A model generated the notes under the pieces. The model saw only the letters and a program-made list of their open reading frames with translations. It had not been told where the DNA came from and made no database searches. The position numbers were made by a program, and so were the translations under genes. Positions 27,917-37,939 of a DNA stretch of 64,000 nucleotides are shown here, in pieces (positions within the stretch are counted from its first letter, which is position 1; each line of letters starts with the position of its first letter). The DNA lies in contig DATCCB010000076.1 in NCBI GenBank assembly GCA_036511515.1, positions 2,482 through 66,481 of the forward strand, read 5' to 3'. The DNA is from Caulobacteraceae bacterium. GTDB lineage: Bacteria; Pseudomonadota; Alphaproteobacteria; Caulobacterales; Caulobacteraceae.

Positions 27917-29632
27917 TTGGGGGCGCGTGGGGTGGCAAGTTCAGCGATCGCGTTGATGGTGAGCCTGCTCGCCGCTGGCCCCCCCGCGGCGGGCGATGCG
28001 CCATTGTCAAATGTCGATCCAACGGCGGTGTTGAGGCCTTCGCCGACCGAATCGGCCCCTATCGAGATCCCGCAGCTCACGGCCAAGCCGCCGACCGAAG
28101 ACCTGACGCCCCGCTTTACCTTGAACTCCGTCGCGTTCGATGACGCTCACGCGGTTTCCGAGGCCGCCCTCGAACCGGCGTGGGCGTCTTACCGAAACAG
28201 GGCCGTGAGCCTGGCCGACCTCAGCGTCATCGCCATGCGAGCGGAAGCGATCTATGCCAAACACGGATTTCCATTCGTCGCGGTGGTGGTCAATCCTCAG
28301 CAGGTGCGGGGCGGCGATGTCCGCTTCAAAGTCATCGAGGGACGAATCGCCGATCTGACCGTGCTGGGAACCGACCCTGTCGGTCGGCGCCAGGCGACCG
28401 CGGCGTTCGAGCCGCTCGTGGGCCGCATGCCGCTGAGCGCCGGCGATGTCGAGGGCGCATACGAGCACGCCAAGGCCATCCCCGGCCTCGCGGTCGCCGG
28501 CGCTCTGCGCCGCGGCGATGTCCGCGGCGGCATCGACCTGGTTGTTCAGGCCAAACGCGAAGAGTGGCGCACCTACGCCAACGTCAACAATCTCTATCCG
28601 GACGCCCTGGGCCCCTGGGGCGCTTTGGTCGGCGTCGATCATTTCGGCGGCTCGGCCTATGGCGATCAGACCTCCGCGCAGTTCTACCACTCGCTGGCCG
28701 GCGGTCCGCAGACCGTCGTTCGGCTGAGCCACGCACAAGGTCTCGATCCCGAGGGCACGACCCTCTCGGTGATGGCTCTGGGCGCCTGGGCCGAGCCGGG
28801 CCGCGCGGTCGCGCCGCTGCAGCTGGCCACCAATGTCTTCGACGCCAGGGTGGCGCTCTCCCAGCCGATCCTCGAACGCCTAGCTTATTCACTCAGCGCC
28901 GCGGCGGCGTTCGAGATCGACAACCAGAAGACCGAGGTGTTCTCCCGGATCGGTCTGACCGACGACAAGCTGCGCATCGTCAGTCTTTCGGCGGCGGGCG
29001 AGCGACGATTCGCCGACGGCGCCCGCGTGGCCTTCACCGCCGAGATTCGCCAGGGTCTTGGAATCCTCGGCGCCAGCCATCGGGGCGACCCTCTGCTCTC
29101 AAGGCTGGGCGCCAATCCCGACGCGACGGTCGGCAGATTCAGCCTGGAAGGTCAGAGCCCCGCCTATCATAAGGTCACCGTCGCCCTGCGCACCGAAGCC
29201 CAGGTCGCCAGCGCGCCTCTGACCACGCCTGAACAATACGCCGTCGGCAACCTATCCATCGGCCGCGGCTATCAGCCGGGAGCAAATTTCGGCGACGACG
29301 TGGTGGCCGCCAGCGGCGAGGTGCGACTTGGCCCCTATCGCGTGCTACAGAAGCTGCTGCTGTCGCCCTTCGCATTCTATGACAGTGTCCATCTTTGGAC
29401 GCACACGCCGGGCGCGGCGATGAACAGGACTCTTTCGTCGACCGGAGTTGGCGTGCGAATCGATACCCCAAACCAGGCGCACATCGACCTGACATACGCG
29501 GCGCCGCTCGACCCGCCGCTTGGCCTGGGTGAACACACGCCCCACGGAGTGTTGCTGGTCAATGTGACATTCGGATTGAACGGGGTGCTCAGCGCCATCA
29601 ATCACCGCCTCCCCGGGGGAGGTTTCAAATGA
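27917..29632 (+). CDS. ShlB/FhaC/HecB family two-partner secretion transporter (TpsB)
   Basis: POTRA motif Y.KHGFPFV...PQ...G.VRF.VIEG; barrel loop motif IGRGY; AFYD; start uncertain. Confidence 0.9.
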   Translation: MGARGVASSAIALMVSLLAAGPPAAGDAPLSNVDPTAVLRPSPTESAPIEIPQLTAKPPTEDLTPRFTLNSVAFDDAHAVSEAALEPAWASYRNRAVSLADLSVIAMRAEAIYAKHGFPFVAVVVNPQQVRGGDVRFKVIEGRIADLTVLGTDPVGRRQATAAFEPLVGRMPLSAGDVEGAYEHAKAIPGLAVAGALRRGDVRGGIDLVVQAKREEWRTYANVNNLYPDALGPWGALVGVDHFGGSAYGDQTSAQFYHSLAGGPQTVVRLSHAQGLDPEGTTLSVMALGAWAEPGRAVAPLQLATNVFDARVALSQPILERLAYSLSAAAAFEIDNQKTEVFSRIGLTDDKLRIVSLSAAGERRFADGARVAFTAEIRQGLGILGASHRGDPLLSRLGANPDATVGRFSLEGQSPAYHKVTVALRTEAQVASAPLTTPEQYAVGNLSIGRGYQPGANFGDDVVAASGEVRLGPYRVLQKLLLSPFAFYDSVHLWTHTPGAAMNRTLSSTGVGVRIDTPNQAHIDLTYAAPLDPPLGLGEHTPHGVLLVNVTFGLNGVLSAINHRLPGGGFK

Positions 29633-32600
29633 TCCGTGGCGCCCGCCCGTGGCGACAGATGTTTCTCGGCGCTGGGTTGTCGGTCGCGGCGCTCGTCGCT
29701 CCATTGGCGGGCGTGGCGGCCCCGGCCCTTCCCCAGGGGCCGACGATCGCCGGCTCGACGGGCGCGCCGGGGGCCACGTTCGACACCAGCGTCGCCAACA
29801 CCCTGAACGTCAATCAAAGCACTTCGCGGGTGGTCATCGATTGGCGATCGTTCGACATCGGCGCCGGCGACACGGTCAATTTCCATCAGGCTGCCCAATC
29901 CTGGGTCGCCTTCAATCGCGTGACTGCCGATCCGACGACCGGGCTAAGCCCGCTGTCGACGATCGCCGGTACTGTGAACGCCCAGGGCGGCGTATGGCTG
30001 TTTTCCACGGGGGGGATACTTTTCGGGCCCACGGCCGTGGTCAATGTCGGCTCCTTCGTGGGCATTACCGGGCCCCTTGGAAACAACAACGATGTCAGTC
30101 AGCTGCTCAATCCAGACACCAATGGTGTGACAACGGTGGCGATCGAGCCCGCGGTCGCCGCGGGAATCGAAAATATTACCGTGCAGAGCGGCGCCCAGAT
30201 CAATGCGGCCAGCGGGTTCGTCGCGCTGCAGGCTGAGACGCTGGTTCAGGACGGCGCTGTCACCGCTTTCGACGGGGTCGAATACCTGGTTTCGCAAGCC
30301 GGACAGCTCCAGTTCACCACCGACGTGGCGGGCCAGCAGCTGCTTCCCGCCTCGGTAACGCCGGTCGTGGGGGTCGATCGGCCCAGCTTCACCCAAGCGG
30401 GGAGTTCGTCCGGCGCGTGGGTAGGCATCGATGCGCCTGGAGGCGCCTTGCAGGCCGGCTATCACACGCTGATCAACGTCGGCGGGGAAATCCAGGCCAG
30501 CGGCATCAAGCCCGGCACGACCGATGAAGGCATCGTCTTTCTGGTCGGAGGCGCCCAGGGACCGGCGACCCCGGGCGCCACCGACTCGAGCATCGGCGTC
30601 GATGCATCCAGCGCGACTCTCACCGCGACGAACGGGCTCCTGATATTGACCGACAGCGCCAGATTGGGATCGACGATCCTCGGCGGGCCGCTGGATGTAG
30701 AGACCTATGGCGATATCGCCATCGTCGCGCCGGTCACGGTCGGCGCGGGCGCACAGCTCAACAGCGCCCGCGGAGCGGTGGCCATCGACGCCAACCTGAC
30801 TGCAAATCAGGATATTGGCGCGGCAGGGCAGACCATAAGCGTGGGGCCAAACGTGACGGTGCGGTCGGACTCGCTGGGCGCGGGCAACGGCGGGATCGTT
30901 CTGGGCGCCGTGGGGGATGTGGTCGCAGATCCGACCTCCCTCTTGATTGCCGGCATCCTCGCCGCGTCGCCGACGGACAACGTCACCGTCAATGCCGGCC
31001 TTGGCCCCCAGGGCGGGAACCTGAGCGTCGGATCGGTCTCCGGCGTCAACCTGTTCATTCACGCCCAGTCCAGAGCGGTCCCAGGAGAAGGCGCGCTGAC
31101 GCTGGCGGGAACGATCGTTGGAACCGCCTCGATCCTGGCCTACGTCGATGACGTCACCGATGCGAACAATCCAACCGGGCCCCTGCAGATCCTGGGCGCC
31201 GTCTCGAGCAGCGGCTTCATCGACATCGAGAATCTCGGGACGGGCGCCATGGTCGTCGGTCCCGGCGCATCGGTGCAGAGTTCTGGCGATCAGGTCTTCC
31301 TCACCGACGGGGGCGACACCACTTTCGAGAGCGGCGCGCGGCTGACCGGCGTGTCATTCTTCGACCACACGGCCGGGGCCCTGACCATCGCCGCCGGCGC
31401 CAGCGTGACGACGACCGGGACCTCCCGCGCGCCCAGCGCGCCCTTGATCCCTTTCGGCGGCGAATTCCAGCGGTCGTCCGGCCTCAATCTGGCAGCCGGG
31501 ACCCTGAACATCGCCGGGTCGGTGACCGCAGGAACGCCGGCCGCGCCGGACGACATCTACATCGAGGTTCTTGGCGCCGGGCCGGCGACCATTGGCGGAT
31601 CGGGGGGCGGGGCCGGGTTTGACCTGACCAATGCCAGTTTCAGCCACCTCAGCGCCCGCGACGTGATCGTCATGGGTGGCCCCGGCGAGGCGGAAGGCCC
31701 AGGCGCGGACCTGACGGTCGATGATCTGAGTCTCGATTCCGGCAAAATCTCGGCTCTTTGGCTTGGAACCGCCAGCGCCAATTCGATCACCGTCTCCGGC
31801 GCGGTCACCCAGACTGGGAGCGGCCCCGTCGATGTCCAGATCGGATTCGCCCGCCAAGGGGCGGGCGCCGCTGGCGGCCTGGATGGGTTCATTCCCGGAC
31901 AGATCGACATCACCGGCGCCCTGGGGTCATCGTCCGCCCCTCTGGGCGGGGTCGATCTGATCGCTCGCGGCGATATTCTGGTCGGCGTCCCGACTTTCGT
32001 CGCCGCCGCACAGGCGGACGCCAATTTCGATGCGGTCAAGCAATCGAGCGCCTTTGCCGCGAGCCAGGGCCAGGTGTTCCTGGCCGCTGGAGCACTGCAG
32101 CTGAGCGCCCAGGGCCGGATCATCCAACAGAACACCGCGCCCTCCCTGCTCTCCTTCGCGGGCCTCGACATCGGCGCGCCGACGTCGGGCCGTCCACTGA
32201 TCGCGGTCCCCGCCGCATTGGAAGGCCAATTGATCGGCGGCGTCTGGACGGCCGATTTCTCCGCTGGGCCGAGCCGTATCGACCTTTTCGGCGCATTGAC
32301 CACAGCGGGAGGCCGCATCGTCGACGATCTCTCCGCCGCCCAACTGCCCGATCTGCTCGCCCCCCCGATTGCGACGCAGGTCGCCTATCGCATCAACACC
32401 TGCGAGTTCGGCCAGGTCTGCTCGCCGCCGACAACGGCGATCCAGTTCGAGCCCCCACCCGATTCGGAGGCGGCCGCCCAGGCGGCGGCCCAGAGCGGAT
32501 TCATCTTCGGCGGCGTGCGGCCGACCAATGTGTTTTCGGCCTTGACCCAGGCGTCGACGCAACAGGACGACGATCGCCTCGGCGACGCCAATCCGTTGAC

Positions 32601-32682
32601 GGAGGCCGGCAATGGCGATCTGGCCGCGGGCGGAAGCGCCGGTTGCACGCCGCGCATCGATCCAGACAGGAAATGCCAGTGA
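29629..32682 (+). CDS. Filamentous-haemagglutinin-like TpsA passenger
   Basis: Signal peptide; LPQG, Q.TSRVVIDWRSFDIGAG..VNF.Q, NRV, I.G.VNA.G.VWL TPS domain; G/A/T/S-rich beta-helix. Confidence 0.88.
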   Translation: MIRGARPWRQMFLGAGLSVAALVAPLAGVAAPALPQGPTIAGSTGAPGATFDTSVANTLNVNQSTSRVVIDWRSFDIGAGDTVNFHQAAQSWVAFNRVTADPTTGLSPLSTIAGTVNAQGGVWLFSTGGILFGPTAVVNVGSFVGITGPLGNNNDVSQLLNPDTNGVTTVAIEPAVAAGIENITVQSGAQINAASGFVALQAETLVQDGAVTAFDGVEYLVSQAGQLQFTTDVAGQQLLPASVTPVVGVDRPSFTQAGSSSGAWVGIDAPGGALQAGYHTLINVGGEIQASGIKPGTTDEGIVFLVGGAQGPATPGATDSSIGVDASSATLTATNGLLILTDSARLGSTILGGPLDVETYGDIAIVAPVTVGAGAQLNSARGAVAIDANLTANQDIGAAGQTISVGPNVTVRSDSLGAGNGGIVLGAVGDVVADPTSLLIAGILAASPTDNVTVNAGLGPQGGNLSVGSVSGVNLFIHAQSRAVPGEGALTLAGTIVGTASILAYVDDVTDANNPTGPLQILGAVSSSGFIDIENLGTGAMVVGPGASVQSSGDQVFLTDGGDTTFESGARLTGVSFFDHTAGALTIAAGASVTTTGTSRAPSAPLIPFGGEFQRSSGLNLAAGTLNIAGSVTAGTPAAPDDIYIEVLGAGPATIGGSGGGAGFDLTNASFSHLSARDVIVMGGPGEAEGPGADLTVDDLSLDSGKISALWLGTASANSITVSGAVTQTGSGPVDVQIGFARQGAGAAGGLDGFIPGQIDITGALGSSSAPLGGVDLIARGDILVGVPTFVAAAQADANFDAVKQSSAFAASQGQVFLAAGALQLSAQGRIIQQNTAPSLLSFAGLDIGAPTSGRPLIAVPAALEGQLIGGVWTADFSAGPSRIDLFGALTTAGGRIVDDLSAAQLPDLLAPPIATQVAYRINTCEFGQVCSPPTTAIQFEPPPDSEAAAQAAAQSGFIFGGVRPTNVFSALTQASTQQDDDRLGDANPLTEAGNGDLAAGGSAGCTPRIDPDRKCQ

Positions 32683-35600
32683 GCCTGCGCCCGTTTTGGC
32701 CCCCTCTGGCGTCGTTGGTGGCGATGCTAGGCATCGTCGCCGCGCCGCAAGCTTCCCTCGCGGCCCAAAGCGGAGACTTCGGCCTCGGGTCGAACGCGGA
32801 AAAGCAGGCCTGTCGCGCGACCGAACGGTTCGATGCACCCAGGGGCGCGCGCGCCGTCGACATCTATTGCGGACAGTGGGAGCGGCCATCTGGCCATCTG
32901 ACCCTGGCCCCGGCAAGCCGCCAGCAGAGCGCGATGGCCGCTCTGGCTGAAGGCTGCCAGGGTGACCAGACCGCTCTGCCTTCAAAGGAGTTCACCTCGC
33001 TTCGCCAGGTCGCCTGCGCGTCCAACGTGGAAGGCGCGCCGCCTGGCCCACGGCGTTTTGGCCTGATCGCCATGCGCGGCAGCGTGATTCTCACCGGATC
33101 GGCCTACCCGGCCGACTGGGCTCCGCTGGTCGAGGCGGCGCGGGTGCTGAGCGGCGCCACGGCCCGGGTCGCCGCGGCGGAAACCGACACAGCTTCGACC
33201 CCCGGACTGCGCGAAATCGACGCCGTCTACCCCGAGGGGGCCCCCGGTCAGGGGGCTGAGGTCAACTACGAACTGCTGCGGCGGCGCGCTTTCGAACACA
33301 ATGTGATCTGGAGCTTCGCCAGTTCCGAACAGGACTTTGAGGCGTTATTGCGCGCGCACGACGCGATCAGTCCCGAAGACGTTCAGGGCCGCGCCGAAAT
33401 CCTGGCCGAGATCGGCTTGAACCTTTCCGATGCCGGGCGTTTCAGCGAGGCTGCCGACTCCCTCGATCGCGCGGAGGCGGAGGCGAAGTCGGAGAAAGGC
33501 GTCTTGCTGGCCAGCAAGATCGAAAACTACCGCGCGCTGGACCAGCTCAACCAGAGACGGTACGCGCGCGCCCTGGCTTTGGCCCTCGCGGCGAACCAGC
33601 TGCGCGCGACCAGTGGCGGCGAGGGCGCCGGGGCGGCCGTCTCGGCTACCGACTCCCGCGCCATCGATCGGGCGACGCCGGCGGCTCAGCGCAATCTTCT
33701 CATTCAGTTCGACGAGGCGACGCCGCAGGAAAAGCTGGCGGTGTTATCCGCCCAGGGCTTTTACATTGCCGGGGTCGCCGCGCGCGCGCTGGGCGACCCG
33801 CAAGCTGCGCACTACCTCGATCAGGCGTCCGGGGAATTGTCCCAGGCGCAGTCGCCGCCGGCGTGGCTGTCGAGCGCCATCGCCAACGAGGAGGCCGAGA
33901 TTCGGCTCGCCAACGGCGACTATGCCGGCGCCGCGGCGCGGGCCCGCGCAGGGTTGATCCAGGTCCGGCTGATCGCCCCCCAGACGCGCAGTGAGGCCCA
34001 CCTGCTGCTCACCTTTTCGCGCGCGCAAGCGGGCTTGGGCCGGACAGACGAGGCGTTGGCCAGCGGGCGCGAAGCGATCCGAATCTTCGCCCACCAGCTC
34101 GAAGAACCTGGCTTGCCCGCGGACGTGGCTAGCGGCCAGCTCGACCTGTTGCTCAGCCAATGGGCTCGCGCGGCTGATCCGAAACTCGCGGCAGAGTATT
34201 TCGAGACGCTGGCGCTGGTGTGGGACGGGGCCGCGGCCCGATCAGCCTCTCAGCTGGCGGCCCGGCTCGCCCTGCAGGGGGTCGGCGCCCAGGCCCGAGC
34301 CTATCAGGACGCCGAGCGCGCCTACCGCGCCGCGCTCGCAACCCGCCAGAGACTGGCGGTCGATCCCAACGCCACCCCCGCTTCGATCGACCAGGCCGAG
34401 GCCCAGATCAAGGACACCGTCCAGCGCTATGCGACGGCGGAGAGCAACCTTCGCGCCGCGGCGCCCGGCTATCTGGAACTTCTCAATCCCACTGCCTCTA
34501 CCTCCGACCTCCAGGGAGTGCTTGCGGAAAAGGAGGGCTACCTGCGCATAGTCATCGCCGAAGGCGGCGGCTACGGAGCCCTGGTCACACGCGCGGGCGT
34601 GCACCCGTTTCGCATCGCCATGACCGCGCGGCAGATAGAAGAGGCCGCCGGCAAGCTCCGCGCGAGCACCGCCTTCCATGGTCGGACACTGCCCAGTTAC
34701 GACATCGCCGACGCGGCCACGCTCTATGCTGGCCTGATCGGGCCGATCGCGGCGGATATCAATGGACTCGACACCATCGACATCGATGTTTCTGGGGCCT
34801 TGGCCTCCGTGCCCTTCGCCGCCCTGGTGGAAAGCGCGCCCCAAGGCGAGGCGGCGCGCAAGGTCGCAGAGGACGAGGATTACAGCGACGTCGACTGGCT
34901 GGCGCGCAGGGTGGCCGTGACAAACGCCCTGGGACCCGCCTCCCTGGTGCGCTTCCGCAAGAGCCAGGCGACGCGCGCCCCGGCCGCCCATGAACTGGCC
35001 GCCTTTGGCGATTTCCGGCCCGATCCGGACGCCGCCGCCGCCCGGATCGCCGCCGATCACGGACTTTCAGCGGGTTGCCAGAAAGCAATCGCCCACGCAC
35101 TGGCCACGCTCGGCGCACTGCCGGACACCGCCGACGAGGCCAGCGATGTCGCCAAGGCGTTCGACGGCAAGAGCCGGGTGCGTCTTGGCGCTGAGTTCAC
35201 CGACGTCGATTTTCTGCAGGATCCCTGGGTCGGCCAGGCCGATGTGATCCTGCTGGCCACTCACGGGGTGCTTGGCCTGTCATCCTGCTTCGCCGAACCG
35301 GCGCTGCTCACCTCGCTTGGCTCGACCGGCGATGGCTTGATCGAGGCCTCGCGCGTTCTCGACCGCAAGCTCAACGCGCGGCTGGTGATTCTCTCGGCGT
35401 GTGACACGGCCGGTGGCGGTGTCGCCGACGGCGGGGAGGCCCTGAGCGGACTGGCGCGGGGCTTTCTCTACGCTGGCGCCGCAGCGGTGCTGGCCACCGA
35501 GTGGAAGGTCGATTCGGCCACATCGGCGGCCGAGGTCGGCGCCTTCCTGGCAGCCGCCGAAAAACCCGATCAGTCTTTGTCCCTGGCCTTCGCCGCCGCC

Positions 35601-35753
35601 CAGCGCAGCGTCTTCGCCTCGGCGGAGACCGGCCATCCCTTCTACTGGGCGGCCTTCATTCTGGTCGGCAACGGCCAAGCCTCGATCAGTCCGGCAAAGA
35701 CCACCGTCGCCGCCGGTGCGCCGCCGGCCTTGTCGATGGCTCAGGCGCCGTAG
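32679..35753 (+). CDS. Secreted TPR-CHAT (caspase-like) protease
   Basis: Signal peptide after a GTG/ATG overlapping the TpsA stop; helical TPR region; catalytic LATHG and LSACDT; GEALSGLARGF..AGA; HPFYWAAF. Confidence 0.9.
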   Translation: MSLRPFWPPLASLVAMLGIVAAPQASLAAQSGDFGLGSNAEKQACRATERFDAPRGARAVDIYCGQWERPSGHLTLAPASRQQSAMAALAEGCQGDQTALPSKEFTSLRQVACASNVEGAPPGPRRFGLIAMRGSVILTGSAYPADWAPLVEAARVLSGATARVAAAETDTASTPGLREIDAVYPEGAPGQGAEVNYELLRRRAFEHNVIWSFASSEQDFEALLRAHDAISPEDVQGRAEILAEIGLNLSDAGRFSEAADSLDRAEAEAKSEKGVLLASKIENYRALDQLNQRRYARALALALAANQLRATSGGEGAGAAVSATDSRAIDRATPAAQRNLLIQFDEATPQEKLAVLSAQGFYIAGVAARALGDPQAAHYLDQASGELSQAQSPPAWLSSAIANEEAEIRLANGDYAGAAARARAGLIQVRLIAPQTRSEAHLLLTFSRAQAGLGRTDEALASGREAIRIFAHQLEEPGLPADVASGQLDLLLSQWARAADPKLAAEYFETLALVWDGAAARSASQLAARLALQGVGAQARAYQDAERAYRAALATRQRLAVDPNATPASIDQAEAQIKDTVQRYATAESNLRAAAPGYLELLNPTASTSDLQGVLAEKEGYLRIVIAEGGGYGALVTRAGVHPFRIAMTARQIEEAAGKLRASTAFHGRTLPSYDIADAATLYAGLIGPIAADINGLDTIDIDVSGALASVPFAALVESAPQGEAARKVAEDEDYSDVDWLARRVAVTNALGPASLVRFRKSQATRAPAAHELAAFGDFRPDPDAAAARIAADHGLSAGCQKAIAHALATLGALPDTADEASDVAKAFDGKSRVRLGAEFTDVDFLQDPWVGQADVILLATHGVLGLSSCFAEPALLTSLGSTGDGLIEASRVLDRKLNARLVILSACDTAGGGVADGGEALSGLARGFLYAGAAAVLATEWKVDSATSAAEVGAFLAAAEKPDQSLSLAFAAAQRSVFASAETGHPFYWAAFILVGNGQASISPAKTTVAAGAPPALSMAQAP

Positions 35754-36613
35754 CTCTCGATCAGCTTAAAGACGCTTTCGCGATCCAGGCCAGTGGTGGG
35801 CGCATCGTTGAGCACCTGCTCGGCCTGGAGCGACCAGGTGTCCGAGTTGTTTCGCGCCAGATCGGCGGCGCGGGCGGCCGCCTGGACCTCACGATCGGCA
35901 ATACCGTCGTAGTCCGGCGACAGCGGCGGCCTGTCGGCCACCACGGTCACCTTGGCTTCCACCTTGGCGCCGCTACTGTCGGCGGCCTCGAGCACATAGA
36001 CGCCCGGGGCCAGATTCAGCCTGGTGAGGACGATGTCGTTGCCGGCCCCGGCGGCCTGGCTGAGCACCGATCCGGCCCCATCGAGAAGCTGCACCTTGTA
36101 GGCGCCGACGCCGCCGTCGATGCGCACCAGAAGATTCTGAGATCCGGCGGCAAGGTTCTGATGGCCCGACGCCAGGCTGGTCAGGGCGAAGCCGAGCGCC
36201 GGGCCGGGGCCCCTCAGCCTCACGTCCCACGGCTGGCGTTTCATGTCCGGCAGCAGGTGATCGCTGACGTTACGATAGGCGTTGCCTGCCAGGGTCGGTG
36301 GGCCCTTCCTGGCGACAACGGTGTAGGACTCACCGGCCTGGACCTTTACCGTCGCCGCGCCATCGATCGACAACGTCGCCGCGGCGCCATTCTGTGCGTG
36401 GATGGTGTCGGATTCGCAGAGTACCTCGAGCACCCGCGGCCGCGCGACCGGCGCGCGCTGGCCGGCCGAGCCCACGCGAAGGATGACGATATCCTGAGGC
36501 TTGCCGACAATACGCGTGATCACGCCCGCGCCTGCGCAGGCCGAGGCGGTTCCAGCCATGGCCGCAAGGGCCAGGCTCACGACCCCGGCCGTGCCCCACT
36601 TGTTGATGCTCAT
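35741..36613 (-). CDS. Secreted hypothetical protein (possible FecR-like N-terminus / Ig-like middle)
   Basis: Signal peptide (MSINKWGTAGVVSLALAAMAGTASA); coherent codon usage; overlaps the CHAT 3' end by 13 nt. Confidence 0.7.
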   Translation of the reverse strand: MSINKWGTAGVVSLALAAMAGTASACAGAGVITRIVGKPQDIVILRVGSAGQRAPVARPRVLEVLCESDTIHAQNGAAATLSIDGAATVKVQAGESYTVVARKGPPTLAGNAYRNVSDHLLPDMKRQPWDVRLRGPGPALGFALTSLASGHQNLAAGSQNLLVRIDGGVGAYKVQLLDGAGSVLSQAAGAGNDIVLTRLNLAPGVYVLEAADSSGAKVEAKVTVVADRPPLSPDYDGIADREVQAAARAADLARNNSDTWSLQAEQVLNDAPTTGLDRESVFKLIESYGA

Positions 36614-36743
36614 CGGTGCATGTCCTTGAAAACCCGCCGGCCCAGGACCGGACTTTCCTGCCGCAATCGTAACACAGTTCGTCGGCCACACCTAAAAACG
36701 TTGCGCGCGCCTGACCGCGGGCGGAGCTCTCACCTCAACCCAG

Positions 36744-37592
36744 TCAGCCAGATCGCGCGGCGGAGCGTTCCGGAGCAGTCGGGGGTTGATCTTGATTTTT
36801 TCCCAGCAAGTTCTCGTCGTCCCCATGCAGGGCGAAGTGATAGACGTTGTGCATCAGCCACTTCTCCAGGTTCGACGGATGGGTGACGGCGCTCTCTCCC
36901 TTGGGCGAAAAGGCCTCCAGCGCCACCTCGACGCCGCGCGCCGCGAAATGATCGTTCATCCACGCCGCCACCTGACGCTCGCAGTCCTTGTCCTCGACCA
37001 CGAAGCGCCAGCCGACACCGCCCAGCGCGCCATGGGAGCCCAGGAACGGTTCGGCGGGCTGATGATCGCCGTCGCCGCGCCAGGTCAGTCCGGTGTTGCC
37101 GAACATCGGCCGGATGGGATTTTCGAAGCCGCCCACCAGACCGCCGCGCGCCAGCGTGCCCTCGTATTTTTCGACGAATGAAGCGGCATGACAGCGGCGG
37201 GCGTGGCGGCTGAAACGAACATTGGCGGGGATCACCGTGCCGCCAGCGAACTCGTGGCGGGCGACCGCGTCGAAGAGAAACAGCGAGTCGACGGCGATGT
37301 TGTCGCGCTCGAGCATCTCGCAGGCCATGATCGCCGCCGATCCGCCGCGGCTATAGCCGGCCACCATCAGCCGGATGGTCGGGTCCTGTTCATTGGCGGC
37401 TTTCAGCCAGCGATAGACCGCCCGCGCCTCGTCCTTCACCTCCTGGCCGAGCAGCCTTGGGCCCCGCCGATAAAAGCTCCGCGTGTTCAGCTTCTGGGTG
37501 AGCTGATGGCAGAACGAAGCCTGCATGACCTCGTCATAGATAGCGCCGGCGGGACCGGTGCCATTGACCATTGCCAGTCGGATTTCAGCCAT
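36744..37592 (-). CDS. Alpha/beta hydrolase, DUF2235/Tle1-like lipase
   Basis: GYSRGG nucleophile elbow, LFDAV, GSHGALGG. Confidence 0.7.
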   Translation of the reverse strand: MAEIRLAMVNGTGPAGAIYDEVMQASFCHQLTQKLNTRSFYRRGPRLLGQEVKDEARAVYRWLKAANEQDPTIRLMVAGYSRGGSAAIMACEMLERDNIAVDSLFLFDAVARHEFAGGTVIPANVRFSRHARRCHAASFVEKYEGTLARGGLVGGFENPIRPMFGNTGLTWRGDGDHQPAEPFLGSHGALGGVGWRFVVEDKDCERQVAAWMNDHFAARGVEVALEAFSPKGESAVTHPSNLEKWLMHNVYHFALHGDDENLLGKNQDQPPTAPERSAARSG

Positions 37593-37637
37593 TGACGATC
37601 ATGGTCTTTTAATTAGCGGCGGAGAATCGTTTTGCAA

Positions 37638-37820
37638 TCAGTCGCCGTCGGCGATGTCGGCGATCAGGCCGGAGATGCGTTCTCCGCCGGCGCCGGTGAC
37701 ATCGTGGCCCCGATCCTTGACGCCGGGCTTGGCGACGTGAGGCTGATCGGCGGGATCGGTCTTGGCGGTTTCGGGGGGGGGGGCTGGGGTTTCGTCCTTG
37801 CCAACGTCCGGATTGGCCAT
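37638..37820 (-). CDS. Small acidic/Pro-rich hypothetical protein
   Basis: AGGAG RBS before ATG; 60 aa. Confidence 0.55.
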   Translation of the reverse strand: MANPDVGKDETPAPPPETAKTDPADQPHVAKPGVKDRGHDVTGAGGERISGLIADIADGD

Positions 37821-37939
37821 CTTGGTTAGCTCCTGTTCCTACTGCGTCGGAGGACGAAGGCCCAAGGGGCGAGCCATCCTCGTCAGCCTAGTGTGGCACG
37901 AGCGCGCGCGCCTGTCAGCCTCACAACCACGCGCGATTT

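Noticed and set aside
31758-32678. N-terminal 307 aa of the 1331-aa ORF suggesting a TpsA-overlapping CHAT extension
   Set aside because: Arg-rich off-frame read of tpsA; the real CHAT start with a signal peptide is at ~32673-32679.
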